This document shows, piece by piece, positions 26,273-40,279 of a stretch of 64,000 bases of DNA (the stretch's first letter is position 1; every line of letters begins with the position of its first letter). Under the pieces are notes generated by a model. It worked only from the letters and a program-made list of their open reading frames with translations, was not told the DNA's origin and ran no database searches. The stretch comes from Octopus sinensis. Lineage: Eukaryota. The stretch spans positions 7,564,001 to 7,628,000 of the forward strand of contig NC_042999.1 in the NCBI RefSeq assembly GCF_006345805.1, written 5' to 3'. Position numbers and translations under genes: made by a program.

Positions 26273-26391
26273 CAGATAGATAGATAGATAAACAGATTCG
26301 ACCCTTAACAGGCACCCTTACACGATAGAATGAGCAATCAAAACGGCCAAAACCACATCTAGGATCAATTTCGAAAGGAATGAGAAAGATA

Positions 26392-26449
<58 letters not shown>

Positions 26450-26954
26450 ATATATATATATGCATTCAAGAATGAAATAAAAGCAGCGCTCGTGCTGAAA
26501 ACATCCTCGAACACGCACACAGTGTATCTCCGTTGCTCGTTCGCCAGTAAGCTGCGATTTGACTCGGTGGAAATGACTCTCTTAAAGCGCCGGTTGTTAA
26601 GACACCTGAAAGTCACAGACAGGCGCCACGAATTACCCCGCATCCCATTCACGTTGGACATCGATGTTTCCGCATTTTTGTAGCTTACCAGCATGCATGA
26701 CATACCTGAACCGAACTGCCCATGATTGTATCTGAAATGGTGTAAAACCATCTCTTGGAATGTCCGAACGATGCATGCGTAGGAAGGAATTCACATATGA
26801 AGTAGAAGCATCTCCAGTTTTGCAGACATTATGTCAAACATAATGTAAAATCCTTGATTGTTCGCTGGTAAGCTGTGAATTGACGCGGTGGAGATGACTC
26901 TCACAAAATGCCGGTTGTTTAAGCAACTAAAAGTCATAGACAAGCGAGACAACT

Positions 26955-26991
<37 letters not shown>

Positions 26992-26996
<5 letters not shown>

Positions 26997-27150
26997 ACCT
27001 TAGGAATGAGAGCTCAAGTTCAAAGACACCTGATGAAGGCTGGTGGGTATAACAGCCGAAAAGTTGTATTAACAACAAACAAGATGAGGACAAATATCCG
27101 TCAAATGTAAATAATGTAAATATTTCCTCATTTCTTAAACATAGAACAGT
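26992..27150 (+). mobile_element. Family A 3' module with hammerhead motif at 27025-27070; no tRNA head
   Basis: GACAC-CTGATGA-A-GGCTG..CAGCC-GAAAA-GTT-GTATT; homologous to 62210-62392. Confidence 0.85.
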
Positions 27151-28685
27151 ATATATATTCTTTATTCGTTGTCGTTTTACTTTTTCAGTGAGTTGGAATA
27201 CTTCGGACAGATCCTATAAAAATAGGTCATATCTTTCTGTATATCTGTGCTAAATATATAAATATCAATTATACGCTATGTTTGTAAACACTATGTTGAG
27301 TTAATTAGATTATGGGTCAGGGTAAAAGGGAAACGCCTCTGGCATTGGCGATTCAAAAATTCCCAATCGATTTCTATATCTGCTCATGCAATGATTGAGA
27401 ATTCAACAGAAGAAACAAGAAGAATATTGCATATATTTGATATACCATCTCCAATTATGGCCCGTGCCTCAGAGGCCTGACCTTCCAATCAACAAATTCT
27501 AAAGATGTCAAAAATATTTTTAAAAAACCCGCAGCTTCAAAATGCAGTTTTTAGTGAAAGAGCTGGGGCCATCTGAAAATGTTTCTAAACTGCTTGGTTC
27601 AAGGTTTACTACCAAAACTTAATCAATGCGCATCATTCACACACTTCAGCGTAAACAATATGAAATATCATGCTGCTTTCGTTCTTTTTTTCTTTTGTAA
27701 GTGGGCTTACTGAGCAAGATCACAGCAGTAAGCTGAGACTGGGTAAAGAAAAACACTTAAAGAACCCGGTTTAAAAACACTGCTTTAGAAGAATTAATTG
27801 AATTCCGAAATGTGTTGCAACCTTTTTTACTGAGTAAGTCTCCAGTATTTTGTCAAGAAAACAATGGAGCAAAGTGTTCTTGTCGATCAAAATATATAAA
27901 GGTTGAATGATATAGAATTTGAGAAATCTATCACCACGTGAATTTGATGCTTGAATTTCTTCCAAAGGTTTGTTAACTAATTTCCTTTCATTTAATTGCT
28001 GAGTTTGGAAAAAATGTAATGCTGTGAAAAGTTAATACTCTCCAAGTATTACTCTCCAAGAAAAGGCAATACTCTGCAATACTGGTGAGTTTGATGCCAT
28101 TAATATTTCGCTTAAACTGTTGCAGATCAACATCTTCAAGCCTGGTGTATGGAGGAGGAAATGCCAGAAAGACGATGCTGTGGAGTGAAAGGACTGCGAA
28201 TGGTGATATTTATGAACTGGAAGGTTGGACGCCACAAGGATGAGAAGAGATGGAGAGATGAGTATATCAGAGTTATCTGAACGGTGGAGCTATGACAGGA
28301 CATCTCCAAGGATTACAGCTAATGTAATATCGAACAGATTGGATTACAGTACTCAGATATATTCAATTGTCTAGAGCAGTGGTTCTCATCCGGTGTTCAA
28401 ATGACCCCTGGGGCTCCATACGACATTCACTTGTTAAAATTTATCAGCGATAAATTAGTTATACTTCTGCTATAAACAAAATATTTAAAGGTTTTTTTTA
28501 ATACAATTCCTAACAATATTTAATTACTAAAATATAATGGGATTCTTTTAAAAACTTCAAGGCAGGGGTCCAGCCTAGGAAAATAGGATCGAATGATTTA
28601 AATATTTCAGCTTTCTCATTCTTGTAATCTAATGTAATTGTTGTACATACAACCATCTTCATGCGTTAGGTTTGACAGAATTAAG

Positions 28686-29068
28686 GGCGGTGAGCTGGCA
28701 GAAACGTTAGCACGCCGGACGAAATGCGTAGCCGTATTTCGTCTGCCGTTACGTTCTGAGTTCAAATTCCGCCGAGGTCGACTTTGCCTTTCATCCTTTC
28801 GGGGTCGATAAATTAAGTACCAGTTACGCACTGGGGTCGATGTAATCGACTTAATCCGTTTGTCTGTCCTTGTTTGTCCTCTCTGTGTTTAGCCCCTTGT
28901 GGGTAGTAAAGAAATAGGTATTTCGTCTGCCGTTACGTTCTGAGTTCAAATTGCACCAAGGTCGACTTTGCCTGTCATCCTTTCGAGGTCGATATAATCA
29001 ACTTAATCCGTCTGTCTGTCCTTGTTTGTCCCCTCTGTGTTTAGCCCCTTGAGGGTAGTAAAGAAATA
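28686..29068 (+). mobile_element. S3 SINE dimer
   Basis: Full unit followed by a headless, internally deleted unit. Confidence 0.92.
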
Positions 29069-30244
29069 TGATTGACAGAATTAATATTCTAAAATATTTA
29101 CATTGTGCTAGTTATTTATTTCTCTGAAATAATTTGCTTTATGTTCGAATAGGTCCGACTAATGTACGATATGCAAACCATCCGAGGTCTCATTCGGGTG
29201 TATCCAACCATCGCTACTGAGTTCTGTCGATATTCAATGAACACAACTCTTGAAAGTGCTGTCTACTGTGCAAATACACCACGATAAATTAGATTTGGGC
29301 TTTTTGATGCTTCATGACTATAAAACAATGATGGACGCTTCATTCGTTGGCAGAACTAGTTTTAGATCGGATTCTAGGCTTGGTTAGGTGATATTATACC
29401 CCTGAGTCTAGCTTTGGTACTATCAGAACTATTACAGAATCAGCATAAGTGAATTCTTCATGTTCTACAGTGAATAAAATGCTTGTATTCTATTAGGAAT
29501 ACAGATCTTTGTAAAATTTTCTGTAGTCTCAAGACGATTTTTTGCTGGTATTTATTGGAAATTCTGTTCATTCCCTAGGTACTTGTTGCTTTCTTTAATA
29601 TATTCTCTTATCGAGATGTAATATGTTTGCTGACTGCTCAAATATTCATTATCGAACACGTCAGTTCGTTTACAGCCTTAAATTATACTTAACTAATGAA
29701 ACATTTAAGTTTTCTCTTTTTTCTTCTGAAAATTCAGTTTTCATTCTATTTAAAATAATTTTTAACGGTATATACGTAGAAAATATTGCTATCTTGATAC
29801 GACATTTGATGTTACATCTATTATTTATATTCTTTGTTGAAGTTTTCTAACAATCACAGCTTTGTGGTTATTTGTTGTCTACGTTAGTCTTGAATGCTAC
29901 TGATATTCATATTTCTAGTTCATTAAAGAACGTCTCTTGCCTTACTGAATATACGTTAAAATGCCTCGGTCTCTCCTAAAACCAATCTACTGTAAGATAT
30001 CTACTTCGATACGTTAAAAAAAAATAACAGAGCTGCATCTCGATGAATTAATAAATTTCAGGGCGAATGGTTCGAATCTCATCACCTCTGGTCGTAGCCA
30101 AAATATTTGGCCCTTTACCACAGAGTAAATAGCTACCGTTAAAAGTTGTAAGGAGAATTGCAGATGAATTATTTTTCATTACCTTGCAGCATTGATCGGC
30201 TGCAAAATGCGACCAATCAAAGTTTTATCTTTGCACTCACCTGA

Positions 30245-30548
30245 GTGTGGTAAGTAGCTTGCTTACCAACCACATAATTCCGAGTTCAGTCCCACTGCGT
30301 GGCATCTTGGGCAAGTGTCTTCTGCTATAGCCTCGGGCCGACCAATGCCTTGTGTGTGGATTTGATAGACGGAAACTGAAAGAAGCCTGTCGTATATATG
30401 TATATGTATGTATATGTATGTGTGTGTTTGTGTGTCTGTGTTTGTCCCCCTAGCATTGCTTGACAACCGATGCTGGTGTGTTTACACCCCAGTCACCTAG
30501 CGGTTCGGCAAAACAGACCGATAGAATAAGTCCTGGGCTTACAAAGAA
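30245..30548 (+). mobile_element. SINE S1, 3'-truncated
   Basis: Matches the S1 pattern. Confidence 0.9.
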
Positions 30549-30907
30549 TACTGTATTCAATAAGAAAGGGCTTCAGTGAACAATGATGGTATGTTATCAA
30601 CTCGCTGGGTTAGGAAAATTAGAATAAACTTAGAAAAATAATGTAGGTAAAAGCTCTGAGAGAAATGAACTGTAGTCATTATTTCATCCTGAGTGAGATT
30701 CGCCAACGACTCGTTTGTGTAAGTGCTGCCAATCGCAAACTCCGCTTATTGAACGCCATTAAGATTCCAGATATAATGCGCACCGTCTCGGGCCTGTCAC
30801 CCGACGGCTTTACAGCGCATCACTCTTTTTCCACCGCTCATTTATGTGAGGACGCCACCGGCTGGATCGATTGATAGGTAATTGATCTGAAGTTTTTCAC
30901 AGGAACA

Positions 30908-31278
30908 TTAGCAGCAGCGGACTCACGGTCGGAGGATCGCGGTTTCGATTCCCAGACCGGGCGTTGTGTGTATTTATTGAGCGAAAACACCTAAAGCTCC
31001 ACGAGGCTCCGGCAGGGGATAAGGGGGCGATCCCTGCTGTACTCTTTCGCCCAAAATTCTCTCACTCTTTCTTCCTGTTTCTTGTCCCCGACTTCCTACG
31101 CAACCGCTGAGCCTGGATGCGCATTCATCCATCCGTCGATGCTCTCGGTGTCGGGGATTGACCTGCTTTCTCTTCTGCGGGTCTTACGAATAGCAAAGGA
31201 CCACGCTTCGGACTTCTCCCATCTGGCGAGCTCTGGGACGAAGACCGCTTCACTCAACAGCAACAGCAACATCAGCAG
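30908..31278 (+). mobile_element. SINE S2 head and body with tail type 3 ending in (CAA/CAG)n
   Basis: S2 match ends at cttcctgtttctt (about 31083), then unrelated GC-rich sequence. Confidence 0.75.
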
Positions 31279-32646
31279 CATTGATATTGTGGAGCCATAC
31301 AAGTCTGCCTTGACATTTAGCGATACTTTGTATGCTCTACAATAGTAAAACTAACCGTTATGAAAATATCAGGTGAGAGTAAAGATGAAACTTTCATTGG
31401 TCGCATTTTGCAGCCGATCAGCTTTGTGACAAGATCATGCCGTTTTTATGGCAAGTCAGTGGTCAGGCATAAAAAAATCCCTTTGAGTAAGCAATTAGCG
31501 TTGCGGCACCATCACACCACTTTGGAAAATGCAGATGTCTTCGAGACAAATTCGCGTCATTTATTCAGTTGTCATCGTAACATATCGTGTTAGGAAAGAA
31601 TGATAAGGTTTAAGCGAAGAAAAATCTTATCTTTTTGATGAGCATATACCTTTCAACAAATATCCGAAGTACTCGACGTGTGTGTGTGTGTGTGTGTGTG
31701 TAAAATGTCCTGGGTAAAGAGGAGTCGCGAACACTTTAAGCAATGATAAACAAGGAAAACTGTGTAACAAAACAAAATGTAATGGTCAAACGAGCAAGTA
31801 GTATAACCGATGTCATGGTAGATCATGTATAATTGGTCGTTAGATGATATCAAAGGAAATATATAGTAAACGTTAGCCGTTAGTTTGGTCAGTGTAAATG
31901 ACAAAGTTGTTTGGCATAAACTTTGTGACGACGATATAGTTGAAGAAAAAAACAGGAATAAAACTGAATATTTTTCAGGGGAAATCGTGAGGAGGACATA
32001 CTACTTGGACAGTAGAAGATTATCTAAATGTCAAATAGAGGAATGAGACAAAGTTATTTGAAGTGATCAACTGATATAGGTGAGGTTCAAGGCCGTATGA
32101 AGTCGTGTACCCGAATGTATTACAGTAATAATGAAGCGTCTTCTCCGTGAAATTCTGTAAGTTTTTTTTATGTCAGACAGACATAATGACCGTATTGAAA
32201 TTTTTAATGAAATTCTAAACACTAAAAATTAACAGGGAATTAGTTTTGAAACGAAATTACTCCTCCAAGACTTTGAGATGCTTTTACACTATTCCGAAAA
32301 ATAATTGTACAGCAAGGTGGTTCCCAATTTCATACAGCAATGTCCAGTATCGAATATTTGAAAGATCATTAAATAAAACTACGATGGCCTAGATCCAACG
32401 GCGGATTTTAGTAATATAAAAATTATGGTAAAGACCCAAGAGACCGGTATCGGTTTCCAAACTAAATATCAGAGCTAAAACTATTGAAGAAATCTATCTT
32501 CAAAGTTTGCTATAGTATCATAAATGCTGAAAATCTGAAAAAGAAGAATTGAATTGGCAAACCGTTACTTTACAAGTATAAACTCTCATTTGTAAACTAA
32601 ATATAATGATTTGGCTTTGTGTGGAGTTTCATATACATTTAGTGTA

Positions 32647-32725
<79 letters not shown>

Positions 32726-32735
32726 TATATATATA

Positions 32736-32900
32736 GGCGTAGGAGTGGCTGTGTGGTAAGTAGCTTGCTTACCAACCACATAGTTCCGAGTTCAGTCCCA
32801 CTGCGTGACATTTTGGGCAAGTGTCTTCTGCTATAGCCCCGGGCCGACCAATACCTTGTGAGTGGATTTGGTAGACGGTAACTGAAAGAAGCCTGTCGTA

Positions 32901-32950
<50 letters not shown>

Positions 32951-33174
32951 ATGTATGTGTGTGTTTGTGTGTCTGTGTTTGTCTCCCTAGCATTGCTTGA
33001 CAACCGATGCTGGTGTGTTTACGTCCCCGTCACATAGCGGTTCGGCAAAAGAGACCGATAGAATAAGTACTGGGCTTACAAAGAATAAGTCCCGGGGCCG
33101 ATTTGCTCGACTAAAGGCTGTGCTCCAGCATGGCCGCAGTCAAATGACTGAAACAAGTAAAAGAGTAAAGAGAG
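32736..33174 (+). mobile_element. SINE S1
   Basis: Full-length match. Confidence 0.93.
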
Positions 33175-33176
33175 TG

Positions 33177-33235
<59 letters not shown>

Positions 33236-33236
<1 letters not shown>

Positions 33237-33445
33237 CCGGAGTAAACACATAAATGTGAAACAAGGTGGAAAAAAGAGTACTCAAATACCAGTGGTAGAG
33301 TAAGATGCTTTACTTAAAGCAGCAGAAAATTCAACAAAACCTGTTACTCTGAGTTTCCCGTTGCAAAAAAAACTGTCCGATGAACGGCAACGGGAAACTC
33401 AGAGTAACAGGTTTTGTTGAATTTTCTGCTGCTTTAAATAAAGTA
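33236..33445 (+). mobile_element. Family B hairpin repeat with complete hammerhead-like motif (33373-33410)
   Basis: Arms about 33308-33364 and 33387-33443; CTGT-CCGATGA-ACG GCAA CGG-GAAAC-TCAGA-GT-A-ACAG. Confidence 0.85.
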
Positions 33446-33503
33446 TATACATATATATATACATATATATATGCTTACACATATATATATATATATAATA
33501 TAT

Positions 33504-33547
<44 letters not shown>

Positions 33548-34239
33548 ATTCGTTTTAGCGCATTTAAATGTCAAAGTCGCCATTTCCAAATCAAAAGCAA
33601 AATCAGTTTTAAACATCCTCTGAAGATAACTACAAAAAGAATTCTGTGCAAGAAGCTGACTTAAAGTCAAACACAACTTTGGAAAAAAATGGTTTCTTGA
33701 ACTCTGGCCACTAGCCTTGAAAGGAAGATAAAATATCATAAACTCTTGGGTGTAATATTTCGCAGGCAGAAAACAATTTATTAGCTCCATCACTGTTTGT
33801 TGCAGTCTCGTTAGTTTCACGCAATAATCGATCCAAAACAAAGGGGAAAAGGGCCAACACGCGAAGTGACGCATTCCGTATCATTACTGACTAAAAGCAG
33901 ACGACACCCACACGAAAATAAAGACTCAAAATAGAGATCTATTTAGAAATGGGGCATATAGAACACGTAAGACGCAATGATTTATAAATTACGCAGTCAT
34001 TTTTGACATGTTGCTGGTCTGTTGTTAACGCTAAACTGAGGGAAAACAACGACAAGATAATTGCCCTCCGATTTGATTCAAAGAAGCATATAATCATAAC
34101 GCAACATTCATTAACCCTAAATATGGACCCAATCCAATAAGCCAGTTACTGCACTTTATACGATTAAGTCCTGCATTTGTGCTTACGCTTATGGTGGCCC
34201 ATCAAAAGTTATGAGAGCGTTGATCCATCCAGGATATTC

Positions 34240-35090
34240 ATTTTAGTTCGTTTCTGGCGTATAGTCTTTCACAAGAGCGGACGTACCTGGCAAGTACAGT
34301 ATGTGACAGGTAGATCCTGTGGCATTGAAGGCTCCGAAAGTGACCCCGGAGAATAACTTCGAGGGCTGATGAAGGCGTCTCCTCTTCTCTTCTTGCAGTC
34401 TTCTGCGTTCTCTTTCAAAGTTCCCTATTCCAGCATCCCACGTGGACTTCCATGCCTTACGATCAACAATCAGGGCCTCCAACCCATTGGGAGGGGGGGA
34501 CACCGCATAAGATGAAAAACCGCTTGAGATTATCATGAAAACGAACTTCTGGATGTCCATGCGGCCAACTTCCAGTCTCCATCTCGTTGGTGAGGGCCAT
34601 TTTTGGGATCCAGTTATCTGGCATCCAGATCACATGGCCAACCCAGCGGAGAAGACGACTGACGATGCAGGCTTCGGCCTGGCCTCTGCATATTTGAGGA
34701 GATTCAACGAAGGAGTTTTCGGAACAAGAACCTTAGAGCAAGCACTAAAAAGATCTTCGTTTATAGAGCTGTCTGTGTGTCCCCACTTCCTGTACGGATT
34801 TCAGTGTTGGACCTCTTTATCGGCGTTCTATGTCAGATCCCTGCAAAGTATCTTCGATCTCGGGTGACGGGACAAAACGCCTCATTCCGAAATTCTTTTA
34901 ACGGCTGAGATCCACTGCATGTTGTCATTCACATTATAGACCCCCACCAATATGAGGGATGGCATTATTTATCTATCGATGGCCTTTCGTCAACTAATCG
35001 TGTGAAAGATCTTTGCTCTGCGAGAGATGACCTGAAGGCAAACACCACCAACATAGATATTCTGACAAGAGTTCACGTCTCAGACAAAAA
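34240..35090 (-). pseudogene. RTE-clade LINE 3' fragment
   Basis: LRWVGHV and LEALIVDRKAWKSTW...FERERRRLQEEKRRR, typical of the RTE ORF C-terminus. Confidence 0.88.
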
Positions 35091-35410
35091 CCATTAAGCT
35101 TACCGATACGTTCTAAATACATCGCATCTTCCTTACAACTGCAACTGTCTTTAATCTGGAGTTACTAATCAATGGCCACTTCACACTGTCTACTTCAAAC
35201 GCAAACATCAATGTGTGTGTGTCCAATAATCTGTATTAACTTACGTAAGCAGCGGTCTGATACATGCATAGCTTTGCAACTGATTTTCCAGTTCCTAAGA
35301 GGACTCTGATTGTTATGTTCACGTCTGCTTTTTTCAGACTGAACCAATAAAACATAGATTAAAACATATTCAGGCGGCGCTGAGGGAGGAAGAGAGAGAG
35401 AGAGAGAGAG

Positions 35411-35447
<37 letters not shown>

Positions 35448-36099
35448 GAGAGAGAGAGAAACAGAGAGAGAGAAACAGAGAGAGAGAGAGCAATGAACAC
35501 TGATGCTTTTCTGTTAACTAATATAAGAAATCTTTGCTGGACTGTGTATTTTATTATTTCTATTGTTGTTTGTTGTTATTGGCAGTAGAGATCACAGACG
35601 ATATTCAATTGAGATTCGCTGTTCAATTTATATTTATCAGATTCAAACATTATATCGGTGGTAAATTGTATAAAGCACATATTTGCACACATGCGTATAA
35701 ACATACAGATATATATAAATGAGGAAAGCTTCTCACAGTTCGCAGACAAAAGTTATAAAACCGTTACATATTATGTACCGAGAGGCAGATCTTCAGAAGA
35801 GTGCAGTCAAAGAAATGTGTGTCTATGTAGATCTCTCCATTTGGGTAACTGGATAGGCTGTGACCCCGTTTTAGTCTGGTGCCTGTGACAGTAGCATTTG
35901 GAGAGCTAATATCTGCATTGTTAGGTTTCCCTCATATATATTTTCAATAATTGTTCTACTTGTATGTATGTATGTATGCATGTATGTATGTATGTATGTA
36001 TGTATGTATGTATGTATGTATGTATGTATTTATATAAGTATGTGTGTGTATGCATGTATGTATTTATGTATGTATGTATGTGTGTGTATGTATGTATGT

Positions 36100-37095
36100 C
36101 ATTATTCAGTTTATTTCAAGATTTCTTGCCAATTGAGAAAGAACCGGTTTCTAACCTATATCCAAGCAGGTTATTTTTGTTTGTTTGTTTTTTTGTTTGT
36201 TTTTTTGCATGCATGTATGTATGTATGTATGTATGTATGTATGTATGTATGTATGTATGTGCAGGTTTGTATGTTTTATGTATGCATTCTCGTGCATATA
36301 GTTGCATATCTAGGTATGCTCATATATATTTAAATGATAAACTTTTGGTAAGTTTTATAGATTTTTACAGTTCCAATGATGGACTGGATCTGTAGTCTTC
36401 GAATCAGCTGTCTCCTTTCTGGGTTTCAGAAGCCTAATTTCTCAAGATTGGTATTTAGGCAGTGTGTTACATATTCCAGGGCCCCAATAATTACAGGTAT
36501 AAACCTGCACTTGTAATATGGATAGAGTAACTGCAGATTTGTGTACAGTTCAGCATAAGTGTTCTCTTTTTCACTGATCTTCAGCTTTATGTTAACATCT
36601 GCTGGGCAGTTAATTTCCACACCTGTTCACAGTTTCTCTTCTCTATTATTCCTTTTTATTATGAGTGGCTATGGCTTCGACCATATTTTGGGTTCTTATC
36701 TCTTTGTCCTCGGGATTATCTTTCCGATAGATTTCCTTATAGAGTGTCCTAGCTACACCATCATGTCTGATCTGTAGATAAACCGTGATGACATTTTCGG
36801 ACAACTGCTTATGATGTGGGTAATATCTTCAGTGTGAACTCCACAAAGTCTGCATCAGTTGTCACATTTTACTGCTTCTCTTGCGTCTCTATCCCTTTTG
36901 TGCATCAGGTACTTGGTTGAAATTTCCTGTTCCTCGATTGCAAATGCATACTCTTCAAATTGAGAAGAAGTAATCCGGCTGTTCGTCTATAATAAACTCC
37001 TTTGATGATCGATGTTACTCTCATCACGGAGCGTTCTACTAACATATCCATGCATAGTCTTCAGCTCATAAAGGCTCATTCTTTCACCTGATGAA
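36100..37095 (-). mobile_element. RLE-type LINE 3' fragment with 3'UTR
   Basis: CRLCGVHTEDITHIISSCP (CCHC), RHDGVARTLY, EINCPADVNIKLKISEKENTYAEL, FIPVIIGAL. Confidence 0.9.
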
Positions 37096-37416
37096 AATTT
37101 ACGGTGAAGTCGTGCGACTTATTTAGGCTTGTATTCTAGTTTATCAGGACCTAGCTTCCAAGTCTTATCTTGCAGCCTCACGTATGCAAACTTGGTCAAG
37201 GGATGCACTTCGATATTTTTCAACTGATTTTCTTGAAACTGGGAAGATACTTTACTTATGTTCCAGAGACGGTTTTTCCCATAATTAGTAACAGGACCTC
37301 TTGGAGCAGAAAATACCCGTTCCTGAGTTACGTAAAGAAGGGAAGTAACTCTTTGCGAAGAAACTTTCAGGAATTGATTGTCTCCCTTACATCCATTGGT
37401 TAAAAAATTATCACAA

Positions 37417-38770
37417 TCTCTTCTAATATATAAAATAGAGATGTTTGTGTATTCCCTTTTCACGCATATGTCTATCTCTCTACATCTTTCTATCTATATC
37501 TCTTTATCTAAATCTCGCTATCTGTATCTCTCTATCCATCTCTATCTCTAACTCTCTGTATCTATTTGTCTATATCTTATCTATCTATCTATCTATCTAT
37601 ATCTATCTATATTATTTGTCTAACTAGCTAACTCTCTCTCTCCCCCTCTCTCTATTTTGTTGTTTTCCCTTTTATATTTCAGACGCTATTGTTTTCACTT
37701 TAACATTAATCGATATTTACAAACAACGACGACAAATTACTGACTGAAAGAAGTTCACAATTACTGATGAAAGTAATTTCATACATAATTTACTGACAGG
37801 CGTAACTTCATAAATTTCACTTCAATCCGATTACTTCATTATATTTGCCTACACATTTCTTATTCACTTTTGCAACTTTTTGTGTTTTTTGTTGTTGATG
37901 GAATCACTGATAAAAGTAAGTTCATAATTTACTGACAAAAGTAACTCAAAAAATTTCACTTAAATCCGTACACTTAATTTATTTCCCTAAACATTTCTTA
38001 TTTACTTTTGCAAAGGTTTTCTATTTTACTGTTAACAGTTTTTTTCTGGTTCCTTCAATATTGGTTGCACTTTGGTTCACTAAGTGACAAGTTTCGCTTC
38101 AACACGTACAATTCTTTATTTACTTCAACCTGTAAATTTCCTATTTACTTTCTGCCCGTCGTATTAAGAACTATAATTTCCGTCACCCAGTTATTTTCCT
38201 TGTTTACTATCTTCTGCACCCGTATATTTCTGTATACGTATATAACCATGCCTAGAAGGAAACTGTCAAATGTGTCTACAATGTCAATGTCAGCCAAAAG
38301 AATGTCTCTGTCAGGGAAAGAGAGACAGCTGCAGAAAGAGAAGCATGCCAAGAAACGAACAGACTGTGCACTACAAAAGCCAGAGCATCTCAAAGGGATG
38401 AACAGCGGTATGCATGGCCGACAAAGAATAGGATCCACACTGCAGAACGAAGAGCAGTTGCAACAGTTCAGAGAAGCAACTTCTATGAAGCAGCTTTCAA
38501 TTATGATCCAGCAGTTCATTATGCAGATGACACCAGAGTTTCCATTGGTGCAATAACAACTGAGTGCATACATTCTAAATCAAGAAAGTGGCATGGAGAG
38601 ACGCATGTACTGTGCTGCAATGGTGGAAAGATTAGACTCCTGCAATCCTCCAACATCTAGAACCATTGAAGAAACTGCTGTCATCAACTGACCAAGATTC
38701 CAGGCATTTACAAAACAAAATTAAGCAATACAAAGCTGCATTGCAGAATACATCATTTAGAGCCACAAGA
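37417..38770 (+). mobile_element. 5' part of an autonomous Helitron with decayed RepHel N-terminus (38248-38770)
   Basis: TC..ctaatatataaaa start, degenerate tandem repeats at 37700-38140, MPRRKLSN... then AFNYDP...SIG....C....KWHGET..CCNGGKI and YKAALQNTSF in shifted frames. Confidence 0.8.
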
Positions 38771-40279
38771 TATTTAACTGAGCCAGGATTCATACGAAAA
38801 TTTCAAGATCCAAGGTCAGATTTATCATAAGATTATCTCTCTGCTACCTCTGTTAAATGAATCACCAAAATCGGTCTTTCATTGTTTATAATCTGTAAAT
38901 ATTTTTTGGTTACGAAATAAGCTACACAAAACGTGTTTTTAAATTATTTGTATATACTTTGCAAACATATATGAGTTGGAAACTTTCTTTCAACATTGCA
39001 CTTAACGTCTATGTTCCATGCTGACATGAGTTGGAGAGTTGTTAATGTTGAAACAGCTGTAAGGAATGATGATTAATTTTCTGTTAAAAACAAACAATTA
39101 TATATATAGGATGACAAATAAAATAGAGATTGGGAAGTTAATAATTGTTTGTTATTAACAGCAAATTAATCCCCATTCCTTACAACTGTTTCGATTAATA
39201 CTTAGTAAGAATTTTAAAAATATTAAATTTATATGACCTGAGCATACAAACATGCCCCTGGATGTTTTATATTTATTTATGGAAAATCGATTAAGTAAAC
39301 CGAAGATGAATTTGGTATTAGTCTTTATTTTGTACTACCATCGTTTCAACCGATCCTGCAACTGTCCTTTATGGGTAGGATGCTGTGCATCTTACTATGT
39401 TGCATCAATCTTGCAGTTTGGGTCACATCAGCTACATTCATACACGAAGTGATGTCACGCTAAAGATCTTGATTTTGGGCATTCATGTTATTTGTTCGTT
39501 TCATTGAGGGAATGAAATATTGCTACGATTGTATTTATTCTTAAATATCCATTAGAGATAAAAAAAAAATTAATGTATATTCATTTGTCCGAAATATTAC
39601 GTACACGCACATATTTATATATGGAGAGAAGAAAAATTTAATTTATTACATTTGATAATTAACTACGTGTTTTATAGAGAGAGTATTTATTCTGTCTTGC
39701 TAATCCAGTGAGAAATAGATCGCCACCTGAATATAAACCAAGCATATATTCAGAATCCTCTCGCTATAAAACTGACGTTTATGTTTCATTAACACGAACA
39801 GAATCACGCGAATTGTTCATCGATTCAAGCAAATAAATTACATCGAGATATGACTTTCGATTCCAAAGCCTATTACATTAATAATATTTATTTAACCATT
39901 TTATTTCCATGTAATCCAAATTGCCTTACATTTTTCAACAGCAATTCTCCTGTATGGTTTTTTTGTTTTTTTAAATATATATCTCGTTATACTCTCTCAC
40001 GTGCAAGTTGTATTTTCATGTCAAGTAACCAGAGTTAAATACACATTGATTCCAGTGTCCGAACTGTATTCGATATTAAGCTACTGCTATTTTACTTCAT
40101 TCCATTTTTTTTACGCCCTTGACAAAGTCATGAATTCCATGCAACCTTATATTTCCTCGCAAGCAAATGCCAGGCTTTGTGTCGAAGTCAGAAATCAATA
40201 TTTGTAGCTCGTAATTGGACACTCAGCTGATAAATGAACGCTAGTAGACTAAGCGCCATTATAGACAAGTGAAACCTCG

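Noticed and set aside
30665-30874. GC-richer 69-aa ORF in unique sequence
   Set aside because: No motif, no good splice sites, open on both strands without codon support
37085-37115. CAC-CTGATGA...GAAGTC-GTG
   Set aside because: Lacks GAAA and helices II and III; lies at a LINE boundary; treated as chance
38008-38556. 182-aa ORF as a host gene
   Set aside because: Its meaningful part is a frameshifted Helitron RepHel N-terminus
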